A stretch of 63,769 nucleotides of DNA, the filler included. It is 9 parts of 9 records of this genome, joined end to end, with 100 filler letters (N's around TTAATTAATTAA, not from the genome) between each part and the next. Parts side by side here need not be neighbours in the genome. Positions count along the whole stretch, not along the records: positions 56,250 to 63,769 come from SRR7504441_504; 8 more parts are not named here. The stretch is one strand, 5' to 3'. The position numbers and the translations under genes are program-made. Shown one piece after another: positions 56,250 through 63,769 of this stretch (position 1 is the stretch's first letter; the number at the start of each line of letters is the position of its first letter). Below the pieces are notes generated by a model. That model had not been told where the DNA came from, did not search any database, and worked only from the letters and a program-made list of their open reading frames with translations.

Positions 56250-57212
56250 GGCCGCATAGTAGCACGTCTTTATCTTGGCCCAGTGGATAGCCCCAAAGCA
56301 CATGGGGCACGGGTAGCACGAGGTGTACATCACGCAGTCTTGCAGGTCGAACCTCCCGAGCCGGCCACACGCCTGCCACCCATCGCTCTAGGCAGCTCAC
56401 GCCGTGCAGACACCTTGCGGATTGCGCTCACTTCCGCATGTGCAGTGGGGTCGTTAGTCTGGAGCACCTGGCCAGCCAGCTCAGTCTTGCTGCCGGGCTC
56501 CGACGAGAAACAGACAGTGTGAACCGCTGTGCCTTCGGTTATCTCCAGTGGGTTTCGGGCAGAGCCGTCGGTTATCCCATCAAGAGTTTCGGGCCCAACT
56601 GGGCAAAAGGGCAGAGCACCATATTGTGTGCCCGGGCAATCACTTTGTCGTGCAGCACCACACACGCCCCGAACGGCCCGCCCTCGCCTTTGGTGATCCC
56701 TTCCACCGCCTCCTCCACCGCCTGCGCCCCGCGATCGCTCTATGGCACGGGGCCGGCTAGCGCACAACGTCCATGAACGGACTGGCGCCGAGCTCCCGGC
56801 TCACCGAGCAGAGCATCTGGCCCCGATAAGCCCCGGGCCGCCGGCGGCTGAAGACCTGGACAAACCCTGAGACGTAGGCCAGCCGCTTCTCCTTGACGGC
56901 GCCCAGCTCGGCCACCTCGGCTTCGGTTGGGATCCGGTACTTGCCCGGTCTGGTCTTGGCCTCGATCATGCTGCACTGGTCCTCCGGGTCCGCCTCCTCG
57001 TCGATGGGCTGCTCCACAAAGTCGAGCTGCTCAAACAGCTTGTCCCCCATAGATCCGGACCGGGTGCGCGAGTCGCGGAAGTCCTCCGTACAGGTCTGCT
57101 TGACCATCACCGGGGACGAACCGCCGTCGCACGAGGTGAACGAGGCGTGCGGGCTGGCCGCCTCGGGCGGGGGGGCTGCGGGCGGAGACTGTCGCTTGAG
57201 TTGCGCACCCAT
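56250..57212 (-). CDS. Guanine/guanosine deaminase of the cytidine-deaminase (CDA) fold, with N-terminal extension; 3'-partial
   Basis: After splicing (56722-56765, 56468-56619, 56373-56413): FMDV|AVEEAVEGITKGEGGPFGACVV..IARAHNM|VLQTNDPTAHAEVSAIRK|ACGRLGRFDLQDCVMYTSCYPCPMCFGAIHWAKI, i.e. HAE..PCxxC zinc motif with GuaD/GSDA-type GGPFGA. Confidence 0.9.
56530..56596 (-). promoter_or_regulatory. Intronic tandem structured RNA motif (candidate cis-regulatory aptamer pair)
   Basis: Copy 1 GGGCC-CGAAAC-UCUUGAUGG-GAUAACCGAC-GGCUC; copy 2 UGCC-CGAAAC-CCACUGGA-GAUAACCGAA-GGCA; outer stems pair, internal-loop strands are identical, apical part varies. The repeat is certain; function is inferred. Confidence 0.5.
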
Positions 57213-57348
57213 GTCTGATTAGCCCAAATCGTTGAATCATCGGTGCAGCTGAGCTCAACTGTGACAACTGTAGTCCAACGGCAGCTGATCGGGGATCCTA
57301 GAGGAGCCCGGGGGCTGTGCTGAGCTTCTGAAACCCAATCAGCCAGGC

Positions 57349-58216
57349 ATGGGCACCGCAGCTGTGTGGCTCCTGGCTGTGCTGCACGCGGCGGCCAGTC
57401 CCACCTGCCAGGAGCCCAACCGCTGCCGGCAGATTCAAGCCGCTGTCGCGGGCCTTTTTCTTTGAAGGCGGCGAGGTAGCGCTGGTACCCTTCCTTGATA
57501 ATCTCAACTTCAGGCCGGATCCATCAGTCAAATTCCGGGCCACCATCCATCCTGAGCTCGGAGTGAGCCTGGAGGTGCCGCGTGGGGTGCACATGACGAA
57601 CCAAAGTGAGCTCTTTGATTCCAGTGGTACAATGGATGATAAGCTTGTGCTGCTCAGCCACGGGTTTCAGTTTGGCCTACCCAACACCACAGTCCTCGAT
57701 GTTAAGCTCGACATGTCCACTGATGCCACATGGAGACGTAACTCGGTGCCCGATGAAGAATTGTCGGGGTGGAAGCAGCAGGCGCTCAAGATGAATAAGC
57801 TCGAATCGGGTGAATTCCAGTTCAATAGCGAGCCTCCACCAAAGCCACCGAGCGGCAGCCAGGGTCACTGGGAGCACTCAGTTGGCCAAGGGATACCTAA
57901 AGAGCTACTTTTCGTACTGAGAATCGGGATGATGGAACGCAACGATTTCGATGGTGCATCCCTTGCATTCGAATGGAAGGCCATTTCGCGCAAGAATGAG
58001 CTGGCTGTGGTTGCTACTCTCAAGGAGCTGCTGCGAGAAGTGGCAGATGAATATTCCACAAGTCTCGAGTCGGATGAAAGGCTAGACTTAGTAAATCTGA
58101 CGTGGCAATCGACACAAGCGATACAACTAAGAATCAACGAGAAACGCATGTTGAAGCGCTTGATGCAAGCATTGGACGCCTTGAGTGAGCGCATTCCAAT
58201 CTACGGGGTGTTGTAA
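57349..58216 (+). CDS. SET-like/Rubisco LSMT substrate-binding-domain protein (start uncertain)
   Basis: SRAF..ALVPFLDNLNF (degenerate LxPxxDxxNH), LLSHGF, ISRKNE..YSTSLESD..AIQLRINEKRML; AATAAA at 58228. Confidence 0.65.
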
Positions 58217-58505
58217 AAATGAACACCAATAAAGACCCGGCCCTGTTTTGCAATTGTGTACATGTTGTACAAGTACTTCAGTTACGTACAATGTCATGTA
58301 TGTAGTACTAGTAACAATGTAAATATTGCCCATCGAGATGATTTTAATTAAGAGCCGCTATGTAGCATGTTCATCCACCACTCTATTCTGGTTATGCATG
58401 CCACGTTATAACACTGTATTAGTACTGTATTAGCAAGCGCGTCTATTGCGTTCCTTGGCTTTTCATGACATTGCGAATCGCTGTCCTCGATGCTTTTTCC
58501 AACCA

Positions 58506-58865
58506 TTATCGGTGGCCATCTGGCTCCCTGTCAGGGCACCCCGGGGCAGCCGGGCGAACCTGGTTCAGCGTCGGCCCGAGATCGAGATCATCGCCCGTGC
58601 TCGGCTCCGGCTGCTCACTTGAGCTGGGCGCCTCGGGCGCGGCCTGCCGGCTGTCCGGCTGCTGGGCCTGGCGGGCCAGTTGGGCCTCGGCCGCTTGCTG
58701 CGCCAGAAAGGTGCCCATTTCCGGAGCGACGCTGACCGGCTCGCCGCTGACCAGGGCCTGGTCCACCCCGAGCTGTCGCGTGTCCCGCATGTGCCGGTCG
58801 GCCAGCTTGAACTCCCGCTTGGCCTGCGCCACCGCCGCCTCGGCCAGCTCCAGCTCGTCCCACAT
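58506..58865 (-). CDS. Small hypothetical protein (119 aa)
   Basis: ATG-led ORF divergent from the 58909 gene, followed by AT-rich sequence. Confidence 0.45.
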   Translation of the reverse strand: MWDELELAEAAVAQAKREFKLADRHMRDTRQLGVDQALVSGEPVSVAPEMGTFLAQQAAEAQLARQAQQPDSRQAAPEAPSSSEQPEPSTGDDLDLGPTLNQVRPAAPGCPDREPDGHR

Positions 58866-58908
58866 TGGCTATATCGGTCACCGTTGTAAATACCGTTAGA
58901 ACAGAGGC

Positions 58909-60256
58909 ATGTCAGGCATCTTGAGCTCCGCGCGTCTGGAGCAGCTGGAGCGGTGCGACGACCTGCACCGCTCGATCGCCGGCCGCTGCTTTGCCCGGAG
59001 CCAATCGGCCCAGAGCGACGCCGATGCGCTGGCCGCCGAGGTGACGCGATACGAGACCAAATGGCTGCAGGCCGAGCAGCGGGCCCAGCGGCTGGAGGAG
59101 CAGAACGCAGCGCTGCTGGTCCGGCTCCGTGCCAAGGCCCTGAGGGAAGTGCTGGACGGGGCCACGCTGCTCGATCAATGCGTGCAGGCCGCTGCGGACC
59201 CGCCGCCCAGGGTGGCCGCCCCGCCGCTGGCCGCCTGGATCGTGCCCGACCTGGCCTGCGGCGAGTGGCGGATCCGAGTGGCTGGCTGCCTGCTCAGCTG
59301 GCACAAGGCTGCTCATCAACGGATTGAGCGGTTCAAGGCCAGTGTTGAGGAGCAGCTGGCAGAGATCGGACACAAGGCCGCGAGCGCCGGGCTAGACCGG
59401 GGGGCCCAGCTGGCTGAGATGGGTCGGGAGTATGACAAGTCGGTCCGGGGGCTGCAGGGCCAGCTGTTGGATCAGCGCGAGGCTGACAGGCTGCGGCACC
59501 AGGAGAGGGCGGAGCTGTTGCTGGCACAGGCAGTGCACAGGAACAACAATGCCGTGGTGGAGCAAGCGTCCGAGAGCGCCAATCGCGCAATCGAGGGAGC
59601 CAAATGGCAGGAGTTCACGGCCCGGGAGTATCTCAAGCAGCACAGCCTGGATCAGGCGATCCCAGTGCTCTCACGCTGTATCAACAAAATCACTGGTGCT
59701 TTCGCCGCGATCACTGGGCCGCTAACTGGTTGGCCAGAACTAGTCCGGGCCATTCCGACTGCGGTGGCATCCGTCGGGCCCACAGCCGCTGAGCTCCGGC
59801 TGCCGCGGGGGCTGGATGAGGCTTCTGGCTCGCGGATCATCACAAAATGCTGGGACACGGCTTTGACTCCGAGCTCGGTGTTGGACCAAACCCTGCCACA
59901 GCCGGTGGAGCCTGAACAGGCCAGAAGACGGTTCGATTCGATCGCCAAGAACGTCTGGCTGAGCGACCAGGAGCTGGTGGCCGCGTATGTGGATCGGAGG
60001 GAGCGGCACTACATAGAGCAGCAGGCTTGCCAGGCTCAGTCTGTCTGTGAGCCGACTGGTGCAGGTGAGGTGCAAGCGAGTAACCATGCCCACTGCAGCT
60101 GACTGGAATGATTCTTCAGACGGCGGGAGCAAGCCCTTTCCTCCAGCCCAACCCGCCCAGGCCGACCTGCTCGCCGGCGGAGCCGGCTTGTTGCGCACAC
60201 CCCATCGGGATTCTGGAAACCGGTCTGCCACTGCCAACGTGCACCAGCACGACTAA
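58909..60256 (+). CDS. Hypothetical coiled-coil protein
   Basis: Long ORF plus a last exon after a 34-nt GTGAG..CAG intron near 60065-60098; no recognised domain. Confidence 0.55.
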
Positions 60257-60565
60257 ACAGTGTTCTGGCAGACCGGCGAGCTACGGCGGTCCGTTTGGTG
60301 CGGACGTCTCTTCTCCCCCAAGCTTCTTCCAATAACTGTGATGGCGATCCGACTAGCTAGGTACCGACTAGCTGTTGTTATGCACTTGCATCGGACAGCC
60401 GTAGATCTCAGTCAATACAATCATGTACGTATAATTATCGGATTATCTTTAGATTATCTTTAGGCTTATTTTCAAACACGAACCGTTGCCGCGCATGCAT
60501 GCTAGGCTACGATAAGGCTACGAGGCTACGCGACTTCTGTTGGTGGCGATTCGATGATGGCATGC

Positions 60566-62079
60566 TTACGATGCTTCCAAAATCATCTTAACGCTTCCAA
60601 TAGTGCCAGCACGCATCGCCTCTTGGACTGCAGCGCTCATCGCAGGCTTTCGGCCTCGGATCGTCCCTCGGATCGTCCCAACTTTCTTCGGTGCCCGTAC
60701 ACCAAATACTGGCCCGTCACCCACCGCATTTTCCGCGGGCGACGGCTTGCCAGGGTCTGGCTGAGCGGAGCCCTCCAGCTGCTCCTGTGCAGGCTCCACC
60801 TCGGGCGGCTCCTCAGGCAGAGCGTCTTGTGCATTCTTTGGTGGTTGCCCCTCTGGCGACTCAAGCGGGAGCTCCTCCGGCACACACCGCTCTGGGTGGC
60901 TCAGCACAGCCCAACTCTCCCGCTGGGTGCCGTACAGCTCCAACAACTCTCGGAACATCCACAGCTCGCCTACACTGGGCACTGCTCCCTCCTGCAACGC
61001 AGCCACCAGCCGGCCCTGCGCCACAGGCCCATCCACCGACTCCAACCGCTCGGTACGTCGCTGTGCGCACCCGGCCAGCTTTGTTATCTCAGCCTGCAGC
61101 TCGGTGGGTGGCATCAGCGGCCTCCGTAACACTGGCAGCACACTCCTGTCGACCAGCTTCACCTGAACCTGCAAGTGCCGCTCTGTCAAGCCCAACCGCC
61201 ACCGCCCGCCTCGCTCGGCCATTTCCCTCCCTCGGCGCACCGCCTCCACTCGCGCTGCCACTGCATCTGCCGCCTCAACTGCTGCCCTCTCCCTCGCGCG
61301 CGCTGCAGCTAGCACCTCCTGCGCTGCCTGCAGCTTGGCGTCTTGCTCCGCCTCGATCGCCTCCTGACGGACCAGCCCGGCCTGCCTCACTCTCTCGGCC
61401 AGTGCCTCGGCCCGTTGCTCAGCGTGCTCGAGCATGCTTGCCCTCCGCTCTGCCCGCTCCGCACTTTCGCGCCGCCTTGCTGCATAATGCCCCTCCCGGG
61501 TGCGCCCCTCGAGCAGCGCGGCCCCACCCGGCGTCCGGACTGGCAGAAACCCCAACGTGTTCTGCCACCGGTCCGTCAGCCACTGGGCCGCCGCTGTTCA
61601 CCTGGCAGTACTCGATCCCGTCTGTCCCCGTCACCCGCATCCCTGCCGCCATGTCAGAGTAGCCACAGGCATCCCCAGCACCGATCACAACCTGGCCGGC
61701 CGCCGGGCCGTCGCTCTTGGCGCTGTCAAAGTGCTGGGCGACCCGGTACGATACTCCTGCAAACCCCGGGCTGGCCGGGAGTCTGGCCGCTGGCACCGGT
61801 GGGGTGGAGCACGGTGAAATACTGGACCCTCTCCTCCGCCCCGAGCAAAGCTCCGCCGTCGGTCCGATAGAAGGGTAAAAAACCCAGCTGGGTGTGCAGG
61901 AAGTAGAGTAAGTTGGAGCCAGCCACCGCTCGCCCGCGGACCAGCTCGCCACAGCCAGGGCCGGGTAGGTCAGCAATCCGATCCGGGAAGTGCGCGGTCC
62001 GACGGTAGGCAACGCCATCCGGGCAGAGCACGACGTACCCCGAGAGCTCCTCGTCGGTCGACGATGAGAGTGGGCTCAT
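60566..62079 (-). CDS. Hypothetical protein: two N-terminal beta-rich repeats (GV.YR..F..GP..G..V..GFLP) plus a coiled coil
   Basis: Three ORFs joinable by short introns; an internal duplicated motif is visible. Confidence 0.55.
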
Positions 62080-62498
62080 TGCTGGTTTGTGGATTTTCGT
62101 TTCGAACACACAACAATTTCTGCCGTTGGTGCAGCTGTACCAGTACCTGGTACTGTAGACCAGACTAGGTACGGCCGGCCGCGGTGGTCGGGTGGTCGAA
62201 CTTGACTCTCAGTATACGTACGTGGACACGGAACTTGTGGCCGCCGCGTGTGTGAGCGGCCGTGTGCCCGACACTTATGTACAATAGGGCTCCGTAAAAC
62301 TTACATGCCCTGATGGCTAGTGTGCACGTACTAACGTTATATACACGTACACGTGCATTTAGGCCAAAACTGCCCAACCTTGATGATCATTTGCAATCAT
62401 TCAAACCGGCCGGGCTTCGGGGCAGCGGTGTTCTAGCCCGGTCGTTGACATAATTCGGGCTGGCAGCAGGAGTCCAAGAGCTGTGGCTTACTGTAGGC

Positions 62499-62790
62499 TC
62501 ACATTCTTGCAAAGTTGTCAAAGGATCCGGTGACCAGGCGACCATCCGGTGCCAGGCAGAGCGAAGTGATTGTCTGACCGTCGTGGAAGAACCGGCCCAT
62601 CCGCCGGCCCTCGCCGGTCTCCCGGTTCACCCCAAACTCGGTCACAGTATCGTCGTCCGAGACCAGCACACGCAGAGCCCGGCCCTCGTCCGGGACATGC
62701 ACGTCCACCCCGCGTATCCAGCCCACGCTTGCTGTGAAGTTGGACACCAGCTCGCCCACCCGCAGGTTGGGCGGCTGGAGTGGCCGACAC
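62499..62790 (-). CDS. WD40-like fragment (gene limits unresolved)
   Basis: HDGQTITSLCLAPDGRLVTGSFDNFAR. Confidence 0.5.
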
Positions 62791-63138
62791 ATCGACATGT
62801 TACGGCGACCACCAACCTGCAAGCGCCCTGTTTGGCGCGCTCTCCAAGACTCTACGCGCTGTACGGGATCCTGTGATTGATGACAATACATCTATGCACG
62901 GTGCCTGCGGACTGAGCTTGCGCATGCTTGCGGTTCGACACTGTATAATTACGGGACCCACTTCCATGGTTCTGCTCGACACTGTGTGGGCCCGTAATCA
63001 ACAGTATATACTAGTGCTTGTCTTCAACTATCTTCAACAATAACTAGAGCTAAGTACTCCCAACTCTACGCAGTACATGTGTGGTATATGTGTGGTACTA
63101 AGCTGGGACTAAGCTAGGAGCCCGCTTTCAGCTACCCT

Positions 63139-63769
63139 TCAACGAGGTGACTTAGGGGGTCGAACTGGCGAAGGCACATTAATCCTCACCGTCTGGCTGC
63201 GTGGCGAGCCTTGACTCCTGGGGCTCAGGGGAATTCCTGTGGAATAGTCCTGCAACGAGCTCGCGCCGTCCGAAACACCTGCGTGCTGCGACATCTTGGG
63301 TGGCAGCTTGGATGAGGTCGAGACCTCTGGTTCCTCTTCCTTTGCCATAGCAGCCTTTCGCTCGGCCTCCTCCTTTGCCTTGATGAAGGCAACCCGGTCA
63401 TCCACTGCCTTCCTGGCCTCAGCGGCTTCAGCAGGCTTGTGCTCGACAGGTTGCTGCTCACTTACTGCTGTTGGGGGTGGCTCCTGGCGTTTCTGGTTCC
63501 TGGGGCTGAGCACCAGTGTGTACGTGACTGACGACTCATCCCTTGACGTCTCCCAGTCCGGCCCGAGGGTAAGGCCGTCCAAAGAAGACTCTAGGGATGG
63601 CCGCTCAGTCACGCACTCACTCGCGCTCGGCTTTACAGCCTTCTCAACCAGTGTGGTTGCAATAGCAGCCTGAGGGCTGGAATCTGGCTGCGACCTGGCG
63701 GACTTGTCCTCGGTGGCCAAGTCCACCAGCGAAACGAGGATCTGGATGGACTTGTCCTTGGTGGCCAGC
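63139..63769 (-). CDS. 3' part of a low-complexity S/P/E-rich protein
   Basis: Open frame from the window end to 63139; SPR motifs; LAT[KE]DKS repeated at 48-nt spacing. Confidence 0.5.
   Translation of the reverse strand, partial: LATKDKSIQILVSLVDLATEDKSARSQPDSSPQAAIATTLVEKAVKPSASECVTERPSLESSLDGLTLGPDWETSRDESSVTYTLVLSPRNQKRQEPPPTAVSEQQPVEHKPAEAAEARKAVDDRVAFIKAKEEAERKAAMAKEEEPEVSTSSKLPPKMSQHAGVSDGASSLQDYSTGIPLSPRSQGSPRSQTVRINVPSPVRPPKSPR

Noticed and set aside
56530-56596. Intronic motif as a hammerhead ribozyme or H/ACA snoRNA
   Set aside because: GAAAC is present but there is no CUGANGA core; an ACA follows hairpin 2 but there is no ANANNA hinge and the hairpins are only about 33 nt. Not fully excluded without an Rfam search.
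1-63769. Two formins and other genes as a functional cluster; tRNA, rRNA or transposase genes
   Set aside because: The formins lie on unrelated concatenated contigs; I saw no recognisable tRNA, rRNA or transposase sequence, though only by eye

Overview
Gene-dense eukaryotic (protist-type) DNA. It is not one locus: nine contigs are joined by eight identical 100-nt artificial linkers (N44-TTAATTAATTAA-N44), so adjacency across linkers is meaningless. Most genes are broken by very short (about 30-45 nt) spliceosomal introns, many with GC donors, which fragments the ORF track; I rebuilt gene models by hand and exon limits are approximate unless stated. Recognisable products: two atypical formins, an adenine-N6-methyltransferase-like protein, a >5,000-aa uninterrupted extracellular multidomain/coiled-coil protein, GLYR/HIBADH-family dehydrogenase, a secreted chlorophyllase/cutinase-like hydrolase, TMEM117, DcpS, an FAD oxidoreductase, a secreted beta-propeller-like protein, a nucleotidyltransferase-EamA fusion, an FkbM-like methyltransferase, SLC35B1, MKT1, an MFS transporter, AADAT, a 14+ EF-hand protein, an ankyrin-TPR-DnaJ protein, a signal-peptide sHSP and a CDA-fold guanine deaminase. 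Top candidate for a new system: the one long (152-nt) intron of the guanine deaminase gene (56468-56619, minus strand). It holds two abutting copies of a hairpin/internal-loop RNA motif, an in-frame stop, and a possible second 5' splice site that the motif can base-pair with. This layout resembles a splicing riboswitch, but I do not recognise the motif. Second candidate: an alternative last exon in SLC35B1 that would swap a di-lysine-like tail for an acidic di-leucine tail. All family calls are from motif recognition, not database searches.
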